This document shows positions 49,227 to 60,115 of a stretch of 64,000 bases of DNA, piece after piece. The translations under genes were made by a program, and so were the position numbers. Position 1 is the first letter of the stretch. Every line of letters begins with the position of its first letter. Below the pieces are notes generated by a model that saw nothing but the letters and a program-made list of their open reading frames with translations, was not told the DNA's origin and did no database searches. This stretch comes from Bacilli bacterium (lineage in GTDB: Bacteria; Bacillota_I; Bacilli_A; ML615J-28; CAG-698): positions 279,981 to 343,980 of the forward strand of contig JBMNLZ010000001.1 of NCBI GenBank assembly GCA_050953065.1. Direction: 5' to 3'.

Positions 49227-50486
49227 TTATTTTCCCTCTAATAAAAACTCACTATCAAATACTATATTATTTGCAATTCTAACAACATCTTCTTTTTTAA
49301 TATCTTTTATAATTTTTATTTTTTCTTTAATTGAATTATTATCATTTAAAAAATATTGCATTTCATAAAACATCCTAATTCTAGATATATTATCGCTTAA
49401 TGAATTTAGCTGACTTAATAAACAATGTTTAGCTTTATTTAATGCTTCTTTTGAAATATTTCCTTTTTTTATTTTTTCAAGTTCTGCTTCAATCAACTTT
49501 CTTGCTTTTGAGGTATTTACACTAGCAAGACCTGCATAAACAAGCATAATATGATATGAAAAATCAATATTTACATCAATATCATAAACTAAAGAATTTT
49601 TTTCTCTTACAACTTCAAATAATTTTGAAAATGGACCACTTCCATAAATCAATAAAAAACTTAGTGCTGCATATTTATCTTTATCATTAAAATTAATATT
49701 TTGAACTCGATACCCTCGCATTAAAATACTTTGTTCAAAATTTTTTTTCTCTACAACTTTCTGATTTTCTATAACTTTTATTTCATTTTCAATTTCAAAA
49801 GGAACATTTAACTTAACTTTATTATAGATTCCTATTTCTTGGACGATCTTTTGTACTTTTTTAAAAGTATAATCTCCCGTAATAAAAATACTAATTTCTT
49901 CTGTTTTAAACATCTCTAAATAAAACTGATATAAACTTTCAGAAGAGATTGCTTCTACTGTTTCTAAACTACCATAAGGTTTAACACTTAATAGAGTATC
50001 TTTCCCCATTAAATCAATAATACTATCAAGTGCATATATTTCTTTATTATCATAACGACTAATAATTTTTTCTATTTCTAATCTTTTAGCTTCATCAAAA
50101 ACTTTTTGATTAAATTTAGAATTTTCAATATTTGGATATAAAATAAACTCTTTCATATAATTAATAACATCACTAGTTAAATCTGCCTTAATTGGTCCTT
50201 TTTTAATGAAACTACATGAAAAAGATGTTATATTCATTTTATATTGTATATTAGAAGAAACTTTAAAAGAAGCTGCATACATTTTATATCTTTCTAATAA
50301 GGCTTCTTTTTTTGTTTTGTATTTACTGCAACCTTCTTTTAATATCCTATTAAGTAAAATTCTATAACTTGCATTTTCCTTATTAAATTCACCTTTAAAA
50401 GCAATTTTAATCGAATTAGTTTTATATTTATTAGTTTTTAAAAAAATAACATCTGTGTTATTAATTGTTTCTTTATATATTTTCAT
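49227..50486 (-). CDS. M16 inactive partner subunit (YmfF-like)
   Basis: KYKTNSI, SKLFEVVREKNSLVY; no HxxEH; paired with the ymfH-like gene. Confidence 0.85.
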   Translation of the reverse strand: MKIYKETINNTDVIFLKTNKYKTNSIKIAFKGEFNKENASYRILLNRILKEGCSKYKTKKEALLERYKMYAASFKVSSNIQYKMNITSFSCSFIKKGPIKADLTSDVINYMKEFILYPNIENSKFNQKVFDEAKRLEIEKIISRYDNKEIYALDSIIDLMGKDTLLSVKPYGSLETVEAISSESLYQFYLEMFKTEEISIFITGDYTFKKVQKIVQEIGIYNKVKLNVPFEIENEIKVIENQKVVEKKNFEQSILMRGYRVQNINFNDKDKYAALSFLLIYGSGPFSKLFEVVREKNSLVYDIDVNIDFSYHIMLVYAGLASVNTSKARKLIEAELEKIKKGNISKEALNKAKHCLLSQLNSLSDNISRIRMFYEMQYFLNDNNSIKEKIKIIKDIKKEDVVRIANNIVFDSEFLLEGK

Positions 50487-50524
50487 TTCTACTCCTTACA
50501 ACAAAAAAAGTGGTTGCCCACTTT

Positions 50525-51235
50525 TTATATAGACTCTAATGCAATTTTAATCATTTTATTAAAAGAAGTTTGTCTTTCTAAAGCTGAAGTTGCTTTTTTT
50601 GTTACTAAAGAATCTGAAACAGTTAAAATACAAGCGGCTTTTTTATTTAATTTAATTGCATTTGCAAATAAAGCAAAAGATTCCATTTCAACTGCTAAGC
50701 AATTCTTCTTTTTAAATATTTCTCTAGCAAAGTCCTTATCATCTCTATAGAAAACATCTGATGAATGAATAAGCCCTGTATGTAATTTAAAATTTAATGC
50801 TTTAGCACTATTTATTAACTTTTCATTTAAATCTTTACTAGCATATAAAATATCATTCTTTAGATTAAAAGCAGCCCTAGCAAAAGTAGATTCACTGTAA
50901 GCACCATCCACTAAAATAACATCATAAAGATCTAAATCTGGAGAATATGCCCCACAAGAACCAACTCTAATGATGTTTTCAACATCATAAAATTTAAATA
51001 ATTCGTATGAATAAATTCCAATACTTGGCATCCCCATCCCAGACCCCATAATACTAACCTTTTTACCATTATAATATCCAGTATAAGCAAGCATATTGCG
51101 TGTTGAATTAATTAAAACAACATCAGTTAAAAATGTTTCTGCAATATGTTTAGCTCTTAATGGATCTCCTGGCATTAAAACAGTTTTACCAAAAGCATCT
51201 TTTTTAATTGCTTCAATATGAGGTGTTGGAATCAT
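50525..51235 (-). CDS. deoD: Purine nucleoside phosphorylase
   Basis: TPHI, MPGDPLRA, GMGMPS, VEMES. Confidence 0.95.
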   Translation of the reverse strand: MIPTPHIEAIKKDAFGKTVLMPGDPLRAKHIAETFLTDVVLINSTRNMLAYTGYYNGKKVSIMGSGMGMPSIGIYSYELFKFYDVENIIRVGSCGAYSPDLDLYDVILVDGAYSESTFARAAFNLKNDILYASKDLNEKLINSAKALNFKLHTGLIHSSDVFYRDDKDFAREIFKKKNCLAVEMESFALFANAIKLNKKAACILTVSDSLVTKKATSALERQTSFNKMIKIALESI

Positions 51236-51237
51236 AT

Positions 51238-51894
51238 TTAAACTCCTTTTTTTAATTCTTCGATTATTACTACTCCATTACTAGTACCAATTCTATTAGC
51301 ACCTACTTTTATAAAGTTTAAAAAATCAGATGCACATCTTATCCCACCACTTGCTTTTACACTCATTTCACTACTAATATTAGCACGCATAAGCTTTACA
51401 TCTTCTATTGTAGCACCTGATGTCCCAAAACCAGTTGAAGTCTTTACAAACAAAGCTCCAGCTAGAGTAGCTGCTCTACAAACCAATATTTTTTGTTCTT
51501 CGTTTAAATAACAAGTTTCAAAGATTACTTTTACTATTCTACCAGCTGCAGCTTCTACTACAGCCTTTATTTCTTGATATAAATAATCAAAATCATTTTC
51601 TCTTGCTTTACCAATATTAATGACCATATCTATCTCATCAGATCCTAAACTAATAGCTTCCATTGTTGCTATTTGTTTAGTAGCGATAGTATCAGCCCCT
51701 AGCGGAAAACCAATTACTGTACAAACTAATACATCTGTATCCATAAGTTCAGCTTTAGCAGTTTCTATATAACAAGGGTTAACACAAACACTCATAAAGT
51801 TATATTGTTTTGCTTCCTTACAAAGCTTTATAATGTCTTCTGTTGTTGCAGTAGCTTTTAATAGTGTATGGTCAATATATTTTGAATATTCCAT
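51238..51894 (-). CDS. deoC: Deoxyribose-phosphate aldolase
   Basis: IDHTLLK, GFPLG, EIDMV, KTSTGF, KASGG. Confidence 0.96.
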   Translation of the reverse strand: MEYSKYIDHTLLKATATTEDIIKLCKEAKQYNFMSVCVNPCYIETAKAELMDTDVLVCTVIGFPLGADTIATKQIATMEAISLGSDEIDMVINIGKARENDFDYLYQEIKAVVEAAAGRIVKVIFETCYLNEEQKILVCRAATLAGALFVKTSTGFGTSGATIEDVKLMRANISSEMSVKASGGIRCASDFLNFIKVGANRIGTSNGVVIIEELKKGV

Positions 51895-51895
51895 T

Positions 51896-52762
51896 TTATT
51901 CTTGAATCCTATCTACGATATCACATAATCTAATTTTTTTAAATTGGTCAATATTCATCATATATTTTCTAATCTTTTTAAGATTTTTACCAGCTTTAAT
52001 CGCTGCCTTTCTTTTCATTATATATAAATCAGGAAGATGAGCTTCTACTTTATCAATATATTTTGAAAAGTTTCTAAAGAAATCTTCACTTCTTATAATA
52101 TATGGAATACTACCTTCTTCTAGAATATATATATAATCTACATATGGTGGAAATAAAACTGCTTCTCCTACTTTCCAAATACAACTCATACTTGCTTCAT
52201 TAGTATTAATATCAACAATTGGATTAACTAAATTTACTTCTACTTGGTCTTTATAATAGTCTTGCAAATTAGCAACCGATCTTTGGTACTTACAAACAAT
52301 ACTTAATTTATCAAAATCATAAGTATATTTACCTTGATATCCAAATTGTTTAATTGAAGCACTTCTAATGCGTTCAAACAATACTAATAAATGAGTGATA
52401 TTAAAAGGAGAAATATCATCATAGGTTTCATGATAAACTGACAGTTGAAACATATTACACAATCTTTGAGCAACACCTAGAACTTCTTGCGCTAAAAACC
52501 TAGGAATTAAGACAGGCATTTCAAGCGAAAAGTTTAAATTAATATATTTTGGACTTAATCTATAGATTTGATTAATCCTAGATTTTTTAGTTAATATAAA
52601 GCGATAAGAAAATTTAAATTCTTCATCAGCATACTTTATACTAAAAGCATCTTCTTCTTCGAAAAATCTATAATTAGGATTATTCGAAAAAAAATCCATA
52701 ATCTTTTCTAAATCAAGTTTATCTAAACTACTTTCTCTAAAAAAATGAAGTACAACCGGCAT
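51896..52762 (-). CDS. Hypothetical protein (288 aa)
   Basis: Long ORF translationally coupled to ileS and deoC; no motif recognised. Confidence 0.7.
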   Translation of the reverse strand: MPVVLHFFRESSLDKLDLEKIMDFFSNNPNYRFFEEEDAFSIKYADEEFKFSYRFILTKKSRINQIYRLSPKYINLNFSLEMPVLIPRFLAQEVLGVAQRLCNMFQLSVYHETYDDISPFNITHLLVLFERIRSASIKQFGYQGKYTYDFDKLSIVCKYQRSVANLQDYYKDQVEVNLVNPIVDINTNEASMSCIWKVGEAVLFPPYVDYIYILEEGSIPYIIRSEDFFRNFSKYIDKVEAHLPDLYIMKRKAAIKAGKNLKKIRKYMMNIDQFKKIRLCDIVDRIQE

Positions 52763-55503
52763 TATTTTACCTCCAAACTCTCAACTACTTTATTACATCT
52801 TTCGCAAAGACCTTTATCATTAACTTTATCTACTACTTGCCAACAACGATCACATATAATTCCTTCTCTTGCAGTAACTAAAATTGTTCCACTATCAAAT
52901 TCTTCACCTTGAATTGATTCATCAGTCAAAACAAATTCTGAAACTATAAAGACTGTTTTAAAGTCTACCTTTAAAGATTTAAATAAATCTTTAACTTCTA
53001 AAGAAGGCTTCATAACAATCTTAGCACTCATTGACTTACCAATAACTTTCTCATTTCTAGCATTTTCAAGTGCTTTTAAGATATCATCTCTTACTTCCAT
53101 AAAACTAGAATATTTTTTTATTAATTCATTTTGATTAGAATACTTATTCACCTTAGGCATACGTAATAAATATGCACTTTCAAAACTAACATTATTCATA
53201 TGAGACAATACTTCATCAGTTGTGTGAGGAATAAGCGGTGTTAATAATCTTATTAAACTATCTAATGTTTTATATAAAACTGTTTGAATACTTCTTCTTT
53301 CAAAATTATCAAATTTTTCAATATATAAAATATCTTTTATAAAGTCTAAATAAAAGGCTGATAAATCATTTGAAATAAATGAAGTGATTAGTCTAAATAC
53401 TTCGTTAAATTCATACTTATCATATGATGATAAAACTTTTTCAATTAATTGATTAAGTTTACACATCATAAATTGATCAATTTCAGGCAATTTATTATAA
53501 TCTACTTTATCTTTTTCATTATCATAATCAAATAGATTACCAAGTAAAAATCTAAATGTATTTCTAATTTTTCTATATGATTCTGCAGTTTGTTGGATTA
53601 ATTCTTTTGAAATTCTAACATCTGCAGTATATTCAACACTTGAAGCCCAAAGTCTTAAAATATCAGCTCCAAATTGATTACAAATTAATTCAGGACTTAC
53701 TGAGTTTCCTAAAGATTTACTCATCTTTCTACCTTGGCCATCTAACACAAAGCCATGAGTTAAAGTCCCCTTATATGGAGCAATCCCATTTAATGCAACA
53801 CTAATGATTAAACTTGAGTTAAACCAACCTCTATATTGGTCAGACCCTTCAATATATAAATCAGCCGGATAACTTAAGCCCTCTTCTACTAAAACTGCTT
53901 GGCTACTTGATCCTGAATCAAACCAAACATCCATTGTATCAACTTCTTTTGTAAAAAAGCCATTTGGACTATGAGGATTAGTATAGCCCTTTGGTAATAA
54001 ATCTTTAGCTTCTTTTTCATACCAAACAGAAGATCCTTCTTTTCTAAAAATTTCACTAACATGATTAATAATATCTTCATCTAAAATAGGAGTATTATCT
54101 TCAGCATAAAAGATTGGAATTGGTACTCCCCAAACTCTTTGGCGAGAAATACACCAATCTTTTCTGTCTTTAATCATATTACTAATACGTAGTTCACCCC
54201 ATTTAGGAATCCATTCTACATTTTTAATAGCTTCTAAAAGTTCTTCTTTGATAGTGTCAATTGATGCAAACCATTGATCAGTCGCCCTAAAGATAACTGG
54301 TTTTTTAGTACGCCAATCATGAGGATAACTGTGAGTTATTGTTTCAAGATGTAATAGCGAATTATTGGCTTTCAAATCTTCAACAACTTGATTATTCGCT
54401 ACTTCATAAAATAAGCCTTCATAACCTAAAGATTCTTCTGTCATATAACCTTTTGAATCAACTGGACATAAAATTTCTAAATTATATGCTTTAGCTACAA
54501 CAAAGTCATCTTCACCATGCCCTGGAGCAGTATGAACAAGCCCTGTTCCACTTTCCTTAGTAACGTGTTCACCTAAAATTACTAAACCTTTTCTTTTATT
54601 TAAAGAATGCTCATAAGTAATGTATTCTAAATCTACACCTTTAACTTTCTTTAAAACTTCATATTCTAAAATACCTAACTTTTTAACAACTTCTTCTAAC
54701 AAATCACAACCAATAACTAAAATTCTATTACTAGTTTTAATAACTGCATACTCAAATTCAGGATGAACTGAGATTGCAAGGTTAGCAGGTATTGTCCAAG
54801 GAGTTGTTGTCCAAATTAATAATTCAGCATTACTTGGTAAAACACCTTTTGAATCTAGCACTTTAAAAGCAACATAAATTGAACTAGAATTTTTATCATG
54901 ATATTCAATTTCAGCTTCAGCTAAAGCAGATTCACTTGATGGAGACCAAAAAACTGGTTTTAATCCTTTAAAGATTAAATTTTTTTTGACCATTTTACCA
55001 AATACTTTTATTTGAACTGCTTCATAATTTTTATCTAGTGTTAAATAAGGTTTATTCCACCTACCTAAAATACCTAATCTTTTAAATTGTTCTTTTTGAA
55101 TTGCAATTTGTTTAAAAGCATATTCTTCGCATAATTTTCTAAACTCTACAACACTAATTTCTTTTCTATTTATTTTAGAGTTTTTTGTTAGGGCAGTTTC
55201 AATCGGTAGTCCATGTGTATCCCAACCAGGAACATATGGTGCATAAAAACCTCTCATTGTTTTATACCTAACAATAAAATCTTTTATAATTTTATTTAAG
55301 GCATGTCCTTCATGAATACTTCCATTAGCATATGGAGGTCCATCATGTAAAACAAAAGGAGTATTTCCTTTGTTTTGTTCTAATGCCTTTTCATAAAGAT
55401 TTATCTCATCCCATTTTTTTTCAAGTTCTGGCTCTTTACTTGGAAGATTAGCTTTCATGCTAAAGTCAGTTTTCATCATTAGTAAAGTATCTTTATAATC
55501 CAT
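52762..55503 (-). CDS. ileS: Isoleucine--tRNA ligase (type 1)
   Basis: [32 protein letters not shown]-terminal zinc finger. Confidence 0.97.
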   Translation of the reverse strand: MDYKDTLLMMKTDFSMKANLPSKEPELEKKWDEINLYEKALEQNKGNTPFVLHDGPPYANGSIHEGHALNKIIKDFIVRYKTMRGFYAPYVPGWDTHGLPIETALTKNSKINRKEISVVEFRKLCEEYAFKQIAIQKEQFKRLGILGRWNKPYLTLDKNYEAVQIKVFGKMVKKNLIFKGLKPVFWSPSSESALAEAEIEYHDKNSSSIYVAFKVLDSKGVLPSNAELLIWTTTPWTIPANLAISVHPEFEYAVIKTSNRILVIGCDLLEEVVKKLGILEYEVLKKVKGVDLEYITYEHSLNKRKGLVILGEHVTKESGTGLVHTAPGHGEDDFVVAKAYNLEILCPVDSKGYMTEESLGYEGLFYEVANNQVVEDLKANNSLLHLETITHSYPHDWRTKKPVIFRATDQWFASIDTIKEELLEAIKNVEWIPKWGELRISNMIKDRKDWCISRQRVWGVPIPIFYAEDNTPILDEDIINHVSEIFRKEGSSVWYEKEAKDLLPKGYTNPHSPNGFFTKEVDTMDVWFDSGSSSQAVLVEEGLSYPADLYIEGSDQYRGWFNSSLIISVALNGIAPYKGTLTHGFVLDGQGRKMSKSLGNSVSPELICNQFGADILRLWASSVEYTADVRISKELIQQTAESYRKIRNTFRFLLGNLFDYDNEKDKVDYNKLPEIDQFMMCKLNQLIEKVLSSYDKYEFNEVFRLITSFISNDLSAFYLDFIKDILYIEKFDNFERRSIQTVLYKTLDSLIRLLTPLIPHTTDEVLSHMNNVSFESAYLLRMPKVNKYSNQNELIKKYSSFMEVRDDILKALENARNEKVIGKSMSAKIVMKPSLEVKDLFKSLKVDFKTVFIVSEFVLTDESIQGEEFDSGTILVTAREGIICDRCWQVVDKVNDKGLCERCNKVVESLEVK

Positions 55504-55513
55504 TTTAAACTCC

Positions 55514-55774
55514 TTAAAATATTAAAAACAATAAACTTGATGCACCTAATATGGTCCCATAAACACCCAAACCAATATAAGTGCCTAAATCAATAAAGGA
55601 AATAACAATTTTTCCTTTAAAAAAATCTAGATAGAAACTACCTAAATTTACAATAAACTTAAAAAATTTAACTTCAGTAATTATAGGAAACCAATAAGAT
55701 AAAAAAGTTATCGCTAAAACTCCTGAGTAAACATATAATAAAGTATTAATAACAAAATATATCCAAAACAGCAT
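55514..55774 (-). CDS. YggT/YlmG-like small membrane protein
   Basis: LSYWFP...YL..F....I.FIDL pattern; lies between sepF and ileS. Confidence 0.7.
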   Translation of the reverse strand: MLFWIYFVINTLLYVYSGVLAITFLSYWFPIITEVKFFKFIVNLGSFYLDFFKGKIVISFIDLGTYIGLGVYGTILGASSLLFLIF

Positions 55775-56121
55775 TATTTTGAATCCTTAGCATATTGTCT
55801 TAAAGATCCATCCTCAAACTCTTCTTTTCTTGCAAAAAGATATATTTTTTCATCCATCTTAATATAATCACCATCAGATGCAAAAACTACTCCTGTTAAA
55901 AAGGCCAAAATTTCATTAGCTCTTCTATTATTTACTTTTTCTAAACCTACTAAGACAGGAAAACCAGCTAGTATATTTTTACCGATTTTAAATAATTCTG
56001 CATCAGAATCATCTTGAATGAAAAAGTAATTCATTTTTTCATAAGAAGTCATTATACCCTTACTTCTAGTATTCTTATATTCATTAAACTTCATTTTTTT
56101 AGTTTTTTTAAATAGTCCCAT
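55774..56121 (-). CDS. sepF: Cell division protein SepF
   Basis: ILAFLTGVVFASDG..KM..KIYLF SepF core; follows ylmE. Confidence 0.8.
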   Translation of the reverse strand: MGLFKKTKKMKFNEYKNTRSKGIMTSYEKMNYFFIQDDSDAELFKIGKNILAGFPVLVGLEKVNNRRANEILAFLTGVVFASDGDYIKMDEKIYLFARKEEFEDGSLRQYAKDSK

Positions 56122-56130
56122 TATCTTCTC

Positions 56131-56778
56131 CTATTTTAAAAATATTCTTCCAAGTCTTATATGAGTTGCTCCTTGTTCTATAGCTATCTTATAATCATTT
56201 GACATTCCCATTGATAGATAATGACAAGGTGCATATTCTAAATTCATTTCTTCTATTTCTTCTTTAACTAATCTCATTTGTTCGAATGAATTTGCTATTA
56301 GATTAATATCATAAGTCATTTGTGCAATACACATTAATCCAACTACTCTAATATTAGGATATTTTGCTAAAGATTTAACAAATCCTTTTACTTTATTAAT
56401 TGGGATTCCTGATTTATTTGGTTCCTCAGATATATTAACTTGAATAAAACAATCAAGTGGTTCTGTTAATCTTTTATCAAGTTCTATTGCTAGAGAAATT
56501 CTATCTAAAGAATGCAAACAAGAAATTTTATTTACTATCTCTTTTATTTTTCTAGATTGTAAAACTCCAAAGAAGTGCCATTTAACACCTAGGTCTTTTA
56601 AAGCTTCATATTTTTCTAAAAACATATCAGTTCTATTTTCACCAAAATCTTTAATTCCACAAGCAACCAATTCTTTAGCCTCATCAACTGACATATATTT
56701 AGTAGCTGCTATTATTTTAACATCTGGGTAATCTTTTAAAGATTCTAATACTTTGTCTACATTATTCTTAATAGTCAT
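56131..56778 (-). CDS. yggS: YggS/YlmE PLP homeostasis protein
   Basis: AATKY, FGENR, WHFFGVLQ, LSMGMSNDY, RLGR. Confidence 0.93.
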   Translation of the reverse strand: MTIKNNVDKVLESLKDYPDVKIIAATKYMSVDEAKELVACGIKDFGENRTDMFLEKYEALKDLGVKWHFFGVLQSRKIKEIVNKISCLHSLDRISLAIELDKRLTEPLDCFIQVNISEEPNKSGIPINKVKGFVKSLAKYPNIRVVGLMCIAQMTYDINLIANSFEQMRLVKEEIEEMNLEYAPCHYLSMGMSNDYKIAIEQGATHIRLGRIFLK

Positions 56779-57003
56779 TTTAATCTATACTCTCTTTCTT
56801 TATCCATAAAACTTAATAATTATCTATTAATTATTATAGCATTTTTTGCGTTAAAATGCAACAATTAAAAAGCATGCTTTTTAAGTCTTCTTTAAAATTA
56901 TCAAGTGTTTTTTGTTGACTTTTATATCTTTATATTATAAAATAAAAAATGGTATGAAAATATTTTGTTTAAAAAAATTTATTTATTATAAGGGGTGAAA
57001 ATT

Positions 57004-58797
57004 ATGACAAGTAAAACAAAAAATCCAAATGTTAATGCTTGGATAAAAGAAATGATTGCATTAACTAAACCAGACAACATAGTTTGGATTACAGGTGAGA
57101 AAGCTCAACTTGAAGCATTAAAAGCTGAAGCTCTTTCAACAGGTGAGTTAGTGCATTTAAACCAAGAAAAACTACCAGGTTGTGTTTATCACAGAACTCA
57201 TGTTAGTGATGTTGCAAGAGTTGAAGATAGAACATTTATTTGTTCTAGAAGCAAAGATGATGCTGGACCAACTAATAATTGGTGTGATCCAAAAGAAATG
57301 TATGCTAAATTAACTCCAATGTATGATGGAGCTTATAAAGGTAGAACAATGTATATTATCCCTTATTCAATGGGACCTGTTGGTTCACCATTTTCAAAAA
57401 TTGGGGTTGAATTAACTGATTCTATTTATGTTGTTTTAAATATGGCTATTATGACTAGAGTGGGCGATGATGTATGGAAAGCATTTGGCGATACTTCAAA
57501 TGATTTCGTTCGTTGCTTACATGCTAAATTAAATATCGATAAAGAAAATAGATATATCGTTCATTTCCCAGAAGATAATACAATTTGGTCAATTAACTCT
57601 GGATATGGTGGCAATGTCTTATTAGGTAAAAAATGCTTTGCATTAAGAATTGCTTCTTATCAAGGTAAAAATGAAGGTTGGATGGCTGAACATATGCTTA
57701 TCCTTGGAGTTGAAAAACCTAATGGTGAAGTGAAATATATCACAGCTGCTTTCCCTTCTGCTTGTGGAAAAACTAACCTAGCAATGTTAATCCCTCCAAA
57801 AGTTTATACTGAAAAAGGATATAAAGTTTGGACAGTTGGTGATGATATTGCTTGGATTAGACAAAACAAAAAAGATGGCAAACTTTATGCAATTAACCCA
57901 GAATTTGGTTTCTTTGGTGTTGCACCTGGAACAAATGAAAAATCTAACTATAATGCATTACAATCATGTAGAAAAGATACAATCTTTACTAACGTTGCTA
58001 TAAATAATGACAATCAAACTGTTTGGTGGGAAGGATTAGATAAAAATCCTCCAGTAAATGCTACTGAATGGACTGGTTTAAAAGTTAATGGACCAGAATG
58101 GATTGCTTCAGGAAAACCTCTAGCAAACCCTAACTCAAGATTTACTGCTCCAGCACTAAATTGTCCATCTATTTCTAAAGAATTTGATAACCCTGAAGGT
58201 GTTCCAATTTCTGCAATCGTATTTGGTGGTAGAAGAGCAAAAACTGCTCCACTTGTTTATCAAGCATTTGATTGGCAACATGGTACATTTATAGGTTCTA
58301 CAATGGCATCTGAAACTACTGCTGCTGCTGCAGGAGCTGTAGGTGTTGTAAGACGAGACCCAATGGCAATGCTTCCATTCTGTGGATATCATATGGGAGA
58401 TTATTTCCAACATTGGTTAAATATGGGTAAAAAATTAGGTAAAAACGCTCCAAAAATTTTCCATGTTAACTGGTTTAAACTAGATGATAATGGTAAATTT
58501 ATGTGGCCTGGTTTTGGAGATAATATGCGAGTTCTTGATTGGATCTTACAAAGATGTGAAGATGCAATTGATGCCGTTGAATCTCCAATTGGATATCTTC
58601 CAAAACCTGAAGATATCAATATTGAAGGACTTAATGATATGAATGTTAATTCAGTAAAAGACTTATTATATATTGATAAAGCATTATGGACTCAAGAAGT
58701 TGCTAATATTAAAGAATTCTATGCTAAATTTGGTAATAAATTACCTAAAGAATTAAATGTTGAATTAGCAGCATTAGAAAAAAGATTGCAAAAATAA
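57004..58797 (+). CDS. pckG: Phosphoenolpyruvate carboxykinase (GTP)
   Basis: DVARVE, LLGKKCFALR, AEHM, FPSACGKTN, GDDIAW, NSRF, WPGFGDN; promoter TTGACT-17-TAAAAT at 56915. Confidence 0.96.
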   Translation: MTSKTKNPNVNAWIKEMIALTKPDNIVWITGEKAQLEALKAEALSTGELVHLNQEKLPGCVYHRTHVSDVARVEDRTFICSRSKDDAGPTNNWCDPKEMYAKLTPMYDGAYKGRTMYIIPYSMGPVGSPFSKIGVELTDSIYVVLNMAIMTRVGDDVWKAFGDTSNDFVRCLHAKLNIDKENRYIVHFPEDNTIWSINSGYGGNVLLGKKCFALRIASYQGKNEGWMAEHMLILGVEKPNGEVKYITAAFPSACGKTNLAMLIPPKVYTEKGYKVWTVGDDIAWIRQNKKDGKLYAINPEFGFFGVAPGTNEKSNYNALQSCRKDTIFTNVAINNDNQTVWWEGLDKNPPVNATEWTGLKVNGPEWIASGKPLANPNSRFTAPALNCPSISKEFDNPEGVPISAIVFGGRRAKTAPLVYQAFDWQHGTFIGSTMASETTAAAAGAVGVVRRDPMAMLPFCGYHMGDYFQHWLNMGKKLGKNAPKIFHVNWFKLDDNGKFMWPGFGDNMRVLDWILQRCEDAIDAVESPIGYLPKPEDINIEGLNDMNVNSVKDLLYIDKALWTQEVANIKEFYAKFGNKLPKELNVELAALEKRLQK

Positions 58798-58802
58798 TAA
58801 AA

Positions 58803-58836
58803 TAAAAAACAAGGAATTTTTATTCCTTGTTTTTTT
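58803..58836. terminator. Bidirectional terminator
   Basis: aaaaaacaaggaat-tttt-attccttgttttttt. Confidence 0.85.
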
Positions 58837-58923
58837 AAAGATTATATGCAGAAATTTGAGATTTGGGTATACCTATTCATTTCTTTGAGGCCCCACTAAC
58901 TTCTTAAAAGGACCTTTTTCTTG

Positions 58924-59000
58924 TGGCGCGCCTGATAGGACTTGAACCCATAACCATCTGATCCGAAGTCAGATGCTCTATCCAGTTGAGCTACAGGCGC
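58924..59000 (-). tRNA. tRNA-Arg(TCG)
   Basis: GCGCCTGTAGCTCAACTGGATAGAGCA-TCTGA-CTTCGGA-TCAGA-...GGTTCAAGTCC-TATCAGGCGC-G-CCA. Confidence 0.95.
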
Positions 59001-59007
59001 AAATTCT

Positions 59008-59031
59008 AAAAAAGCACCAGAAGGTGCTTTT
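59008..59031 (-). terminator. Intrinsic terminator after the M42 peptidase gene
   Basis: Minus strand reads aaaagcacc-ttct-ggtgctttttt. Confidence 0.8.
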
Positions 59032-60115
59032 ATTTTAATATAAGTTCAAGCATCTTACTATCTAATCTTTTTATAACTTCAGTAATAAGCTTAACTGTAT
59101 TTAGATAATCATCATAATGAATAATTGAACTATGAGAATGAATATATCTTGTAGGTATACAAAGAGACATCCCTGGAGCTCCTGAATTTGCTAGATGCAT
59201 TGCTGATGCATCAGTTGATCCACCTGATAATAATCCTAATTGATAAGGTATTTTAAGTTCTTCAGCAATTTCAATAACTTTCTTTCTTAAACCAAGATGT
59301 CCTATCATACCATTTTCATAAACTAAGATTTCAACACCTTTTCCTAATCTTGAACCTTCTTCAACATTAGGAGTATCTTTTGCTATTCCAACATCTAAAG
59401 CAAAAACTACATCAGGTTTAGTAATAGTTGCTGAAGTTCTAGCACCTCTTAAACCCACTTCTTCTTGCACAGTTGCAATTCCAAAAACTGTATTAGGATG
59501 ATTGACCTTTTTTAGTTCATTTAAAACATCAATCACAATTGCACAACCAATTCTATTATCCCAAGCTTTTGCTAAAAGCATCTTTTCATTTTTCATCACA
59601 TGAAATTCAGAAAAAGGAGCAATCATATCACCAATCTTAATTCCCCAACTTTCAGCTTCTTCTTTGCTAGATGCACCAATATCAATAAACATATCTTCTA
59701 TTCTAACAACCTTATCTCTTTGTTCTTTAGTTAGAATATGAGGAGGAGTTGAACCTATTACACCTCTAATTTCAACTCCAGTTGATGAGACAACTACTAC
59801 TTGCTGAGCAAGCATTACTTGACTCCACCAACCACCTATCGTTTGAAATTTAATAAATCCAGCCTCAGTAATTTTTGAAACAATCATTCCAATTTCATCC
59901 ATATGGCCAGCAATAGCAATCTTTGGGCCTTTTTCTAATCCTACTTTTCTAGCAATAATTGAACCTATCCCGTCATACATAATATCATCATTAGAAACTA
60001 CTTCTAAAAACTTTTCTTTTACATAGTCTCTAACTTTTGATTCATGACCACTAATACCATAAAGGTCAGTAATTTCTTTTAACTCTTTAATTTTTTTATC
60101 CATTATCTCACGCAT
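59030..60115 (-). CDS. M42 family aminopeptidase
   Basis: GHMDEIG, KAWDNRIG, VQEEVGLRGA, GSTDA, RYIHS. Confidence 0.93.
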   Translation of the reverse strand: MREIMDKKIKELKEITDLYGISGHESKVRDYVKEKFLEVVSNDDIMYDGIGSIIARKVGLEKGPKIAIAGHMDEIGMIVSKITEAGFIKFQTIGGWWSQVMLAQQVVVVSSTGVEIRGVIGSTPPHILTKEQRDKVVRIEDMFIDIGASSKEEAESWGIKIGDMIAPFSEFHVMKNEKMLLAKAWDNRIGCAIVIDVLNELKKVNHPNTVFGIATVQEEVGLRGARTSATITKPDVVFALDVGIAKDTPNVEEGSRLGKGVEILVYENGMIGHLGLRKKVIEIAEELKIPYQLGLLSGGSTDASAMHLANSGAPGMSLCIPTRYIHSHSSIIHYDDYLNTVKLITEVIKRLDSKMLELILK

